DNA from: a virus
Lineage: Duplodnaviria; Caudoviricetes
IMG/VR virus record: IMGVR_UViG_3300023059_000291
Coordinates: 1 to 44,713 of that record
Length of the DNA stretch: 44,713 nt
Direction: 5' to 3' (one strand)
The notes under the pieces are model-generated. The model was not told where the DNA came from. It worked only from the letters and a program-made list of their open reading frames with translations, and did no database searches. Each line of letters opens with the position of its first letter. The first letter of the stretch is position 1. Made by a program: the position numbers and the translations under genes. Positions 1 to 9,500 of this stretch are shown here, in pieces.

Positions 1-657
1 ATGTGTGCCAATTATGAACCTATCAGTAAAGATCATGTTCACCTTTTAGATCTCTTTGAACCAACTTTCGATTATAAGAAAGATGTTTATCCAGGTTATG
101 ACTGCCCTCTTATATTTTCTAAAGATGGCCACATTGAATGGCGACAAGTAAAGTTCGGCATGATTCCACCATGGAACCATGATTTAAAGTTTTCAAAGTA
201 TACCTACAATGCCAGAACTGAAACTGTTGATAAAAAACCTAGCTTTCGCCACGCATGGTCTAAAAGCCAATTCGCGCTAATACCTGTAGAAAAAATTTAT
301 GAGCCTAGATATTTGAATGGCAAAGCGGAAAGATGGGGAATATATCGCGAAGACGGCTTACCTTTTACAGTTGCTGCTATTTATGATTCGACTGTGATTG
401 ATGGGCAGCAAGTAAGATCTATGTCGATGCTGACAATTAATGCTGATAATCACCCTTTCATGTCACAGTTTCATAAACCAGAAGATGAGAAAAGATCTAT
501 CATCGTTATTCCTGAAGAGTATCGGGAAGACTGGCTAAACTGCCAAAATGAAGATGCTAATCAATTTTTCTTTGAAATGCCACTTGGTGAATTTGCTGCC
601 AACTATTTTCCTAAACCAAATAAAAAACCGCCTGCCCCAGCAAACGGTTCTAATTAG
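1..657 (+). CDS. yedK: SOS response-associated peptidase (SRAP/YedK/HMCES family), abasic-site protecting protein
   Basis: N-terminal Met-Cys, YNARTET motif, YE and conserved His (FHKP); lies next to umuDC as is typical for SRAP genes. Confidence 0.9.
   Translation: MCANYEPISKDHVHLLDLFEPTFDYKKDVYPGYDCPLIFSKDGHIEWRQVKFGMIPPWNHDLKFSKYTYNARTETVDKKPSFRHAWSKSQFALIPVEKIYEPRYLNGKAERWGIYREDGLPFTVAAIYDSTVIDGQQVRSMSMLTINADNHPFMSQFHKPEDEKRSIIVIPEEYREDWLNCQNEDANQFFFEMPLGEFAANYFPKPNKKPPAPANGSN
622..649 (-). terminator. Intrinsic terminator for the small-peptide transcript
   Basis: Minus strand AACCGTTTGC-TGGG-GCAGGCGGTT followed by a T-run; the stem needs G-U pairs that form only on the minus strand. 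Confidence 0.7.
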
Positions 658-680
658 TCTTAAATTAAAATATTAATACA

Positions 681-764
681 TTAACACATAATAAAATCAG
701 CTACTTGAATTACGTCAGCTATTAAGCTTAGTAATTTCACGCCGAAGATAATTATCTTCGTCAT
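681..764 (-). CDS. 27-aa hydrophobic peptide MTKIIIFGVKLLSLIADVIQVADFIMC, TisB/DinQ-like type I toxin candidate
   Basis: Translated by hand; AAAAGGAG SD (771-778) 6 nt before ATG; single amphipathic helix; downstream terminator; absent from the ORF track. Confidence 0.75.
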   Translation of the reverse strand: MTKIIIFGVKLLSLIADVIQVADFIMC

Positions 765-1120
765 AGCAATCTCCTTTTAAAGAGACATTGCCTTGTGCCA
801 TGTTTTGCGTTTTAATACATCTAATGCATAACGAAAGTCGTCATCGGTAAACGCGTCGTTGGTAGCGTCGCAGTTACACTCGTAAAAGCTGATCGTATCG
901 CAACATCAGTCAGCAGTAGTAAGCATTGTTGGTAGCATTGCTCTCTACTGTAAATGGTATGACACAAGTCAATGCAGGTTTATATTCCTCCCCCAGTCGA
1001 TGTTCCCGGTAAAGAATTTTCGACTGTGTGGGGGTTTCAAAATTCCTTCTCAACTTCCCACTTCTGCTGTCGTGGTTATCTAAAAAGGATAAACACAAGA
1101 AATAAAATCTATCCTTGTGT
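765..1120 (-). ncRNA. Long structured 5' leader of the peptide gene, with possible overlapping + strand antisense RNA
   Basis: Hairpins at about 766-791 (covers SD), 847-877, 913-949, 991-1034 and 1093-1120; two share the loop CTACCAA/TTGGTAG with compensatory stem changes. Confidence 0.6.
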
Positions 1121-1126
1121 GTAATC

Positions 1127-1155
1127 AAGATATGAGATTTCCATCTATATATCAA
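1127..1155 (-). promoter_or_regulatory. Putative sigma70 promoter for the leader/peptide transcript
   Basis: Minus strand TTGATA-N17-TATCTT, inside an inverted repeat TCAAGAT...ATCTTGA (1125-1161). Confidence 0.45.
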
Positions 1156-1240
1156 TCTTGACTTTTTACTTATTTTTCAACTGTATGATTGATAAAGAGA
1201 TAGCATGGCAAAGCTATTAAAAAACATTTATAGATAAGTT

Positions 1241-1435
1241 TGTGGATAACCCTATAATCAAGAACTTAGATACAAATAGTTCTTGAAGTGACTCTTTTTT
1301 TTATAATTTTTTTTGTTACTTTTTTCATTCTCTAACTCCAAGTTTACAATGTAAATGTGTGTATATAGAGAATTATTTTCTGACCAAATGCACAGTAAGA
1401 CACGTCAATTTTTGACTTCTACTTGTTTATCCACA
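1241..1435. promoter_or_regulatory. Two inverted perfect DnaA boxes
   Basis: TGTGGATAA at 1241-1249 and TTATCCACA at 1427-1435 flank an AT-rich spacer. Confidence 0.5.
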
Positions 1436-1474
1436 GATTTTTAAATTTGAAATTAAGCCAAGCTCTAGCATATC

Positions 1475-1499
1475 ATTTGATTCTGTAACGAAATCAAAT
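1475..1499. promoter_or_regulatory. UmuDAb-type DNA-damage operator upstream of umuD
   Basis: ATTTGATT-CTGTAACGA-AATCAAAT palindrome; TTGAT-N11-ATCAA with TGTAAC core resembles the recalled Acinetobacter UmuDAb site TTGAAAATGTAACTTTTTCAA. Confidence 0.75.
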
Positions 1500-1512
1500 C
1501 AAGGGGAATGCT

Positions 1513-2013
1513 ATGAGTGATATTGTACCGTCCATCATTGAGATAAAGCACTATCTCAATCAATCTATTGTTTTAGCTGATGTTATCTCAATTAAGCTCA
1601 TAATTCCTTCCACTCAAATGTTAATTCCTTACGCATTAGAAAAAATTAATGCTGGCTTCCCCTCTCCTGCACAAGACTATATAGACAAAGCGCTCGATAT
1701 GAACGAGCACTTAATAAAAAATGAAACTGCTACGTTTATTGTCAAAGTCGCTTCACTCTCAATGCTCAACGCTGGCATCGATATTGATGACGAGCTCATT
1801 GTTGATCGTAGCTTAGATGCTAAACACGGCGATATTGTCGTGGCACTAATCGATAATGATTTTACTGTTAAGCGCCTAATGATCGATGAAAAAGGCCAAT
1901 GGCTCAAAGCCGAAAACCCAGATTATAAAAATATCTATCTACAAGAAGGCCAGGAACTAATTATCTGGGGCGTTGTTACATGCATTATTAAAATGATAAG
2001 AAATAAGTCATGA
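1513..2013 (+). CDS. umuD: DNA polymerase V subunit UmuD (S24 peptidase)
   Basis: [10 protein letters not shown] cleavage motif, SM catalytic Ser, TVKRL catalytic Lys; overlaps umuC start. Confidence 0.95.
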   Translation: MSDIVPSIIEIKHYLNQSIVLADVISIKLIIPSTQMLIPYALEKINAGFPSPAQDYIDKALDMNEHLIKNETATFIVKVASLSMLNAGIDIDDELIVDRSLDAKHGDIVVALIDNDFTVKRLMIDEKGQWLKAENPDYKNIYLQEGQELIIWGVVTCIIKMIRNKS

Positions 2014-3308
2014 AACATGAGAACAAAGTCTTTTTCTTGATTGACGTCAATAACATGTACGTTTCATGTGAGAGAGTCTTTGATCCCAGTTTGAACAATA
2101 AGCCTGTGATTGTTCTGAGCAACAATGATGGTTGTGCTGTGGCGCGCAGCAATGAATCAAAAGCGTTAGGCATTAAAATGGGTGTGCCGCTTTTCCAAAT
2201 CAAAGATATTGTTAAGCAACACAATGTAATTGTACTTTCAAGCAATTATGCAATGTATGCAGAAATGTCGAGACGTTTTCATAAGATACTTGCTTCCCAT
2301 GTAACAGGTGAAGAAGTTGAGCCCTACTCAATAGATGAATGCTTTGTTGATTTCACAGCTTATGAGAAACACTTTGATTTAGAAAAGGTTGGCCAAGAGA
2401 TGCGCCAACAAATTTGGAAATGGCTGGGCTTACCAGTTTGCGTCGGTATTGGCAGAAGTAAAACGGAATCAAAAATTGCAAATCATATTGCTAAAAAGAA
2501 CCCCGGCTTTAACAGCGTGTGCGATCTAGTATCCATGGATCCGTGCAATAAAGAGTATTACTTTGCTCAAATAGACGCTTCTGAAGTTTGGGGTGTTGGC
2601 CGTAAGCACTCAAAAAAGTTGCAAAGCATGGGAATTAATACAGTGCTTGATTTAGCCTGTGCTGAACCTCGAGAGATGCAAAAGAAATTTTCGATTGTCA
2701 TGGCTCGCACGATCTACGAGCTGCAAGGTATCTCATGCATTGAGATAGAACACACTCCCCCTTCAAAAAAACAAATTGTCGCTTCAAGGTCTTTCGGTGG
2801 TCGCGTAACTGAATTAACAGATCTAAAAGAAGCGATATCAATGTATGCGCAAGATGCATGTAAGCGGTTGAGAGATGAAGAGCTTTTATGTGGATGTATG
2901 ATTGCTTTCGTTCAGTCAAACCCTTTTGACCCAAATGTCCCTTTTTATAATAAGTCGATTACAGGTTCGTTTTCTGAGCCCACAGATTGCGCTATCGATT
3001 TCGTCAAAGCAGCGACAAGAATGTTGAACGATATCTATAAAGAAGGAATTAAATATAAGAAATGCGGTGTTGTGCTGACTTGTCTAGAACCAAAGTCTGG
3101 CCATACTTATGATCTCTTAACCGACTTTGCGCACATAGAGAAAAAGGAATATTTGATGAAAGCTATGGATGGTATCCATAGTAAATTTGGAAAGAAAAAA
3201 ATCAGTGTCGGACCTTGTTTTGTTCCAAATCGGAATTGGTCTATGTCGCGAGATAAGCTTAGTAGAAATCCGTTTAAGTGGGGTGAGTTATTGAAAATAT
3301 ATAATTAA
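2010..3308 (+). CDS. umuC: DNA polymerase V subunit UmuC (Y-family)
   Basis: [29 protein letters not shown] and SRSFG motifs; C-terminal WSM..LS. Confidence 0.97.
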   Translation: MKHENKVFFLIDVNNMYVSCERVFDPSLNNKPVIVLSNNDGCAVARSNESKALGIKMGVPLFQIKDIVKQHNVIVLSSNYAMYAEMSRRFHKILASHVTGEEVEPYSIDECFVDFTAYEKHFDLEKVGQEMRQQIWKWLGLPVCVGIGRSKTESKIANHIAKKNPGFNSVCDLVSMDPCNKEYYFAQIDASEVWGVGRKHSKKLQSMGINTVLDLACAEPREMQKKFSIVMARTIYELQGISCIEIEHTPPSKKQIVASRSFGGRVTELTDLKEAISMYAQDACKRLRDEELLCGCMIAFVQSNPFDPNVPFYNKSITGSFSEPTDCAIDFVKAATRMLNDIYKEGIKYKKCGVVLTCLEPKSGHTYDLLTDFAHIEKKEYLMKAMDGIHSKFGKKKISVGPCFVPNRNWSMSRDKLSRNPFKWGELLKIYN

Positions 3309-3381
3309 TAACTCATTTTTATTTAAAATAAATTTAAATATTTATAATCTATTCTTTAGAACAGATTATATCAAATCTTAT

Positions 3382-3906
3382 CTATAACTTTTTTAAATCA
3401 AACTCCCTCAAAATTGTAGAGGCAAGTAATTGAACAGATAAATAGTCATACTCACTAAGATGAGGGTGAATTTTTGGTTCCCAATATCTACCATGGGCTA
3501 ACCAATTACGATAATCTAATGCCTTTTGAAACTTATCTATTAATGGTTTATTAGCAGGATAAGAAGCTTTCCATGCTTTTAAAATATCATCGACTAAAGA
3601 TGCTTTAGTTCCTTTTTGGTTATAAATTTTTCTTAAGCTTTTAGACAATTCATCCTTTAATTTCTTTTGGCGGCGTATTAAATAATCAATTTTAAAACTT
3701 GCTTCTAATAGAGTTAAAAACTCTAATGAAATCATACGCTCCAAACATCTTAGGTGGTCTTTGCGTTCTTGATGCAACTCAGTCCGTGAATATCCAATAA
3801 AATATCCACTCTTCTCATCAAAGTAATAATTTAAAGATGTAAGACTATGAAAGTAAAATTGTTCTATTTCTTCAATTGTAGAATGTTGATTTGAAAATTT
3901 AATCAT
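3382..3906 (-). CDS. HEPN-domain protein (predicted RNase)
   Basis: Helical protein with Rx4H motif RNWLAH and an upstream conserved Glu (LLEA); AT-rich; 4 nt from upstream gene. Confidence 0.7.
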   Translation of the reverse strand: MIKFSNQHSTIEEIEQFYFHSLTSLNYYFDEKSGYFIGYSRTELHQERKDHLRCLERMISLEFLTLLEASFKIDYLIRRQKKLKDELSKSLRKIYNQKGTKASLVDDILKAWKASYPANKPLIDKFQKALDYRNWLAHGRYWEPKIHPHLSEYDYLSVQLLASTILREFDLKKL

Positions 3907-3910
3907 TTCA

Positions 3911-4444
3911 TTAATTCACTAATCCCATTAACGATGCAAAAAAATTACTTTCATTAAATTCTATAAATTTTACGCCAGAAGCATTTCGATCGATTATTTT
4001 CCACGTCCAATTAACTTTATTTAAAGGTTCATGTTTTTCATTATCAGAAAGAACTTTAAAACTTATATTGAATCCATTTGAATTTATATCGGTTAAAATA
4101 AATTTTACAGAACCTTTTGGTCCGCTTAAGTCAATTCTTCCTTTGGTTCCTATCAACAACGTACCGATTGGATCAAGTGTAAGTGTTGCTCCTGCTAAAG
4201 AAATATCCATTTTATTAACGATATAGGATCCGATATGATCTTCAGTAATATTTTTTTCACTAAGTGAAATAGTTATAGATCCTTGATCAATATAAGGTTT
4301 TAACCATTCTTTTACTTGATTATAAAAAAATTCAATGAATTCTAACCATTCTTGCTTCTGCTTTTCCCAATCAATATCATTTTCTTCTCTGTTATATTTA
4401 TTTGCATTATCCTTCAAAAATTTTTCGAAATCTTTTCTGCTCAT
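3911..4444 (-). CDS. Hypothetical protein, operon partner of HEPN gene
   Basis: 177-aa ORF, N-terminal helix then beta-rich region (LDPIGTLLIGTKGRIDL); tightly coupled to 3382-3906. Confidence 0.7.
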   Translation of the reverse strand: MSRKDFEKFLKDNANKYNREENDIDWEKQKQEWLEFIEFFYNQVKEWLKPYIDQGSITISLSEKNITEDHIGSYIVNKMDISLAGATLTLDPIGTLLIGTKGRIDLSGPKGSVKFILTDINSNGFNISFKVLSDNEKHEPLNKVNWTWKIIDRNASGVKFIEFNESNFFASLMGLVN

Positions 4445-4684
4445 TTCTGTGCTCTATGATTAAAAATAGTTAAAGCATATACTTTATCTTCAAATAAAAC
4501 TAGTTTGTTCAAAGGCATAAAAGTAAACAATGAAAAAATCAGATGATGTTCGGATGTCGAAAATCTTTGTTTTATTCTATATAAATACATTTAATTATCC
4601 CATGTTGCAAATTAAATAATTATAAGGAAAGGCACGAATCTCTGAGCTCAAAATGGTATCTATTTTAGGTGTAGTTGGTGAAAA

Positions 4685-5284
4685 ATGAATAGTAAGAATG
4701 AAAAGTTAGTAGTAGTAGTATTTTGGGGAGTCGTTGCCTACAGCGTGGCACTTCTAACCTACTGTACTTTTAAAAATTTTTATAATTTATCTGCTGATTT
4801 TATATCTGCATTTGGCTCTATACTAGGAGCATGTGCTGCATTTTTTGCAGCCTTTGTAGCTGCATATTTATTTAATGATTGGAAATCTACTGCTAATTAT
4901 GAACAAAACAAAGAAATTATAGATAAATTTGAGAGCACATATATAGATGTTAAAATTATATTAGTCTCACTCAAAGATCGAGCATTGATAGCAAACTCAC
5001 AAAGTCCTACTATAAGAGTAGAACTATTCGATTCTGTTTCCGCATCATTAACTAAACTATACTATCTTCAACAAAAATTAGAAGATCATTTTAAGATAGA
5101 ACAAGAAGATACTCTTTGGACTGAACTTGAACAAATTTTACAAAGGTATATTGAACTATTAGATTTTAATACACCCTTTACTCAAAATTGGATTAAGAAT
5201 GAAACAAAACTAATTTCTGAACTAAACGCCCTCCATCCAAAAATCAATAAGGCTTTAAGAGAATTAAATCCAATTACCGATTGA
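4685..5284 (+). CDS. Inner-membrane moron protein (two N-terminal TM helices plus helical cytoplasmic domain)
   Basis: Two hydrophobic segments ending in AAYLFNDWK; opposite orientation to the late operon. Confidence 0.75.
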   Translation: MNSKNEKLVVVVFWGVVAYSVALLTYCTFKNFYNLSADFISAFGSILGACAAFFAAFVAAYLFNDWKSTANYEQNKEIIDKFESTYIDVKIILVSLKDRALIANSQSPTIRVELFDSVSASLTKLYYLQQKLEDHFKIEQEDTLWTELEQILQRYIELLDFNTPFTQNWIKNETKLISELNALHPKINKALRELNPITD

Positions 5285-5290
5285 AATAAG

Positions 5291-5307
5291 AGCCCTCTTA
5301 GAGGGCT
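5291..5307. terminator. Hairpin between convergent genes
   Basis: AGCCCTC-TTA-GAGGGCT perfect inverted repeat. Confidence 0.5.
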
Positions 5308-5396
5308 ATCACACAAATACTGACACTCACATTACTATTGATCGTATGAGCTGTGCATCCTGATAGCAGAAAGCACAGCAATACTAAAGCTTTCAT
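5298..5396 (-). CDS. 32-aa lipoprotein MKALVLLCFLLSGCTAHTINSNVSVSICVIAL, candidate spanin-like lysis accessory
   Basis: ATGA overlap with endolysin stop; lipobox LSGC; not in ORF track. Confidence 0.7.
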   Translation of the reverse strand: MKALVLLCFLLSGCTAHTINSNVSVSICVIAL

Positions 5397-5971
5397 GACA
5401 TCCAACTTTTAATTTTGGCTAGATTGGCTTTACGTTCAACTAAGCCATTTGTACCGCCATTGATGCGCCGGGTAATAGTTAAAACATCATCACGATCAGA
5501 AAGTTCATTCAATCCATTGTTAACCCAAAACTTACAGGCAACCAGTAAGCCAATACTTGGAATAGCGACAAGTTCAGGATGTGATTCAAAATCAATACCC
5601 AATGCTCGACCATATTTTTGATAGTTTTCACGTCCCGTCAACTGGATGGGACCACGACCTTTATAACGCACTCCATCGCCAGCCATAATATTGCCCAAGT
5701 CTTTACGGCCTTCATAAGCTGCACCACTTGCGATTTCTTCCATATATCGGAAGTTACCCGATTCATGTGTAAGCTGGGCAATGAAGTGAGCAAAGCGTAA
5801 CTCATTGTAGAGAATTGCATAATCTTTAAAGTGTACGTTAGCTGCTAATGCCAGCTCTTCAGCGCGACTTTGATTTGCTCCAAGTTTCTTAAATAAGGCT
5901 GTAAGAGTGCCTCGCCCTATCTTCCCATCAACTGCAACACCGAGTGACTTCTGTAAATTGATAAATTTCAT
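5393..5971 (-). CDS. Endolysin, glycoside hydrolase family 19 with N-terminal peptidoglycan-binding segment
   Basis: FIAQLTHES, YKGRGPIQLTGRENY, TRRINGG motifs; N-terminal LQ..LGVAVDGKIGRGT. Confidence 0.93.
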   Translation of the reverse strand: MKFINLQKSLGVAVDGKIGRGTLTALFKKLGANQSRAEELALAANVHFKDYAILYNELRFAHFIAQLTHESGNFRYMEEIASGAAYEGRKDLGNIMAGDGVRYKGRGPIQLTGRENYQKYGRALGIDFESHPELVAIPSIGLLVACKFWVNNGLNELSDRDDVLTITRRINGGTNGLVERKANLAKIKSWMS

Positions 5972-6013
5972 TTCAGTTTCCTTTAGATGTAAAAAAACCG
6001 CCCGAAGGCGGAA

Positions 6014-6403
6014 TTAACTGTTTTCGATGTCTTTTCTGGCTTTCTTAACTTCCTTGATCACTTCAACAATCGTTTTACCCTCTTGTTTGTCAATAAAGTT
6101 GAAGATCCAACGAACCAAAGCCCAGCCAGGAATCCCACAAATAAAGAAGAAACCACCTAATGCAATCATCCCCCAAACATCAGTTACCCATTCATGAAGG
6201 CCCCACTTAACAATAATGAATGAACCACCTGCAAGGCTTGATACAACTGTACAAATGAGCCCTACTGCCCATTCTTGCGGTGACCTTGGCATACGTGTCA
6301 TTAATACAACTGCTGCAACTAGTGCGACCGCTAAAGTCACCATAATTGCAGCCCCATAAAATTTTAATAGTGCTGTTAAACCGCTTGTGGAAACTGGTTC
6401 CAT
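6014..6403 (-). CDS. Holin (three TM helices)
   Basis: Three hydrophobic segments, charged C-terminus, directly upstream of endolysin. Confidence 0.8.
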   Translation of the reverse strand: MEPVSTSGLTALLKFYGAAIMVTLAVALVAAVVLMTRMPRSPQEWAVGLICTVVSSLAGGSFIIVKWGLHEWVTDVWGMIALGGFFFICGIPGWALVRWIFNFIDKQEGKTIVEVIKEVKKARKDIENS

Positions 6404-6519
6404 TTATATCTCCAGAAATAAAAAAACCGCTAGAAAGCGGTAGTTGTTCGTTGTCCAATCCATCATAGGTGCGACAGAAAAAAGCACCCGAAGTGGGTGC
6501 TCTAAGTACTTTCAAAGTA

Positions 6520-9500
6520 TTAAAGGGTTTGTAGGATTCTACCTCCATTTATCAATTTAGTTGTGAGTGGCGCTATTCCGACAATTGCTGTTCCACCCGC
6601 TCCTGGCTGGCCTTCAGTTGTGCCATGGTAATTCCAGTTCGAAGTACCACTATTTGTCGACTTGGTACCACGTTGCCCCCAGCCACCTCCATCACCAGAT
6701 AAAGGTGATACATAGCGGTCGCTATTTGGAGTTCGGTAGCCTTTCCCTGGCGTAACTGCATCAGCATCAGTGACTTTTACAACCAACAAATAGCCACCGT
6801 TCAAGTACCAGCGCCAATCCTGAGTATCATTGTAAATTGGCTGACCTGTCATAACCCGTCCAAAAGGTGCACCAGCTCCACCAGGTACTCCTTGAACTCC
6901 ATAAGTTAATTCTGTGTAGATACCACTTGGTGTAGCCCCGCCTCCAGAGCCACCTCTAGCTAAAGTGCCTCCGTCAATAATCAGATTCAACTTGCTGTGC
7001 CGGTTCATTAAACCAGGTGCACCTTGGAACCCATCACGGCGAGTTTTGGTAAAGTTGTAATCCGGATCACTAGACCACGCACCGAATGCAAGATGAGGCA
7101 AACCTCCATCGCCTCCCCGCCCAACCACTGAACCTTTAATCGTAAGATTTACAGTAAGACCAGGAGGAAACTCTCCTGTATCAATCGCTGGCAGTTCTTG
7201 GGCGGCAGGTACAATAAACTCCTGTTTTGCTGGACTAGAGTTATAGTCAAACTTATAAACCATTCGTGTTTCTGGTCGAAGTGAACTGGAACTCGAAACC
7301 AAAGCACCAGCTTCGACAATAAAGCTAATTTCACCGGTTGTTGGCAGGTCGCCTCGTTGCATCTGGTATAAGCGAGCCAAATTAATATCTAGCTGGTCAT
7401 AACGAATGTAAATCGGAGAATCATCAACTGGCACATCAATAAAATCTTTATCGTTGAGGTAATACCGAACATCGTAATTTACGGCCGTAATGGTATTAGA
7501 AAACTTATCAACTGGATCTTTCGTTGCTACCAGATAAGGTAATGACCCCTTTGTATCGTCATTAACTACTGTATAAATCGTATTAACGAAATCATCAGGA
7601 CTTAACTTTAATGCCCCATTTGGTAAGCGACCTAAAACAACCTTGTTCTTAGCAGATCCAGCAGTAACAGGAATCAAATCAACACTCCCATCACCCATTT
7701 GTAAATAAATCACGTAGCTCTTACCTGCTATGAAATCAACATCATGGCTCAATGTAAGAATTAAACCTTCTTGCTGAATTACATCACCGCTTTGATGGAT
7801 GCCATTTCGATAATCCGCTACAGCAATACGGTCACGTAAAACCAGTAATTCCGATTCTGGTGCTGCATCAAAGGTAATGGATTTGCGCTGAAAGCGGAGC
7901 TTGTTCCAAAGCCGGTACGCATTAAAACGGGCTTGCCATTTATTGCGCACACCTACCGATTTAACCTCTTTGGGGTTCTTGGCTCCCTTATCCGGCAAAT
8001 AAATATTTATACGGCTATCATCGGCCGGATCCGTATATTCATAGATCAACCCATCATAGTCATCCATCATGCCAAGCGTTAGATCATGCTTATAACTATC
8101 CGGAATGATATTCCTGAAATTAAACAGCAATACCGAGTTATCTGTTGGCCGTTCAAAGTAGATCTTTAGCTTATTGTTCTGTCGATATGCTGTACAAAAC
8201 ACAGCATCACAAAGATTAGTGACCAATTCTTCAAATGAAAGATTGGTGTCGTCAATCGTCGTACAGAACTCGGCTGCTAGAGGTGTACCAAAGTAATCGA
8301 CAATATGGTTATAAGTACGATAGATGTTTTCAATATCAATCTCGTCGATCGTGCGGCGGCCAATCTTGTCATCGAGCGCCATTGAAACCAGTGCATCTGC
8401 AAAGCTTGAAGTTGGAAATAACTCTGTCGTCATTGCTCCATTTTTATAGGTTGGCAACATCCGCTGAAGATCAAAATTGATCTTGCGCGACTTAACAGAT
8501 AAAGCTCCAGTCGTTGCATATGTACGTGCACGGAAAACCGTTTCATGTTCATACATCGTGCTTTGCAATGGAAATGCGCCGTATAGCGCTTGCCACTTCA
8601 CTTCATCAACTACAGTTGTCACTGCTGGGGTTGGTGTTAAACGTCGAGCACGTACACTACAGCGCCCCTGAAATGTGACCATATCGAGCGTTGCACCAAC
8701 AGTTTGCCGTGACTTAGCCGAACCCTTGAGAATGATCTGCTTTAGCATTGGGTTGCCAATAGCTGCACCTGATTCATTCACTGGAGTTACTTCAACTTCA
8801 ATGGTGACATTTACAGCCGCCTGATTACCTCCTGAAGAGACTGTATAAAGCCCATTATTCGCCACAAAGTTAAAGATGACACGACTACGTTCAAGGTTGT
8901 CCAGAATAAATGGACCGATCCACTTTTCACCAATGGATGAGAGTTTTGGAGATAAAGCACCTGTTTGCTGATTAGCGAGTTCTTTTAGCTTTAACCAGTT
9001 CGGATTTACTGCTGCCGGGTTAGATAAGGCCATTCGGTCATCAGCAACGGATAAGACACCGTACGTACCGTTTAAATCGTATGTTTGTCCGTTAAAAGTA
9101 AAAGAAGCATTAGAGATATCAACTCGGTCATTGCTGACAAACTTAGTCGTTAAATCGGTATTATTAGCAGCTGCTCGCAGGATCTCGTTTGGGTATGCAA
9201 ATTGAAGATAATTTGTGCCCTCTAAACTTTGAGTGTCAGCTGGTCGCAAGATCTGGCCATTCACTGAGTTTTGATGCTGAACAGTTAAAGGTGGCGTAGT
9301 AATTTCACTACCAAGCGAAAAATAAGGCTGTCCAGATATGATATCGACACCAGGTCGAAAGACTTCTACCGATGCACCAGCAATATCAACAATATTGGTT
9401 TCACCGTCATAAGCCCCTTTAATGTGATAGTGGCCGCGACCAATACATCCCACAAGATGCTCGACCTCGACGTTGTTTTCATAAACCTTGTAAGGAACTG

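Noticed and set aside
765-1120. Structured region considered as retron msr-msd, tmRNA or tRNA
   Set aside because: No reverse transcriptase in the window, no tRNA-like acceptor or T-arm, no tmRNA tag frame recognised
910-1155. 81-aa minus-strand ORF from the track
   Set aside because: TTG start coincides with the predicted -35 element, no SD, no recognisable protein features; better explained as structured leader
4560-4640. AT-rich segment checked as a XerC/D pdif site
   Set aside because: No convincing 11-6-11 match to the TTATGTTAAAT XerD arm
6207-6548. 113-aa ORF overlapping the holin, considered as a spanin
   Set aside because: Runs through two terminator hairpins; no TM segment or lipobox
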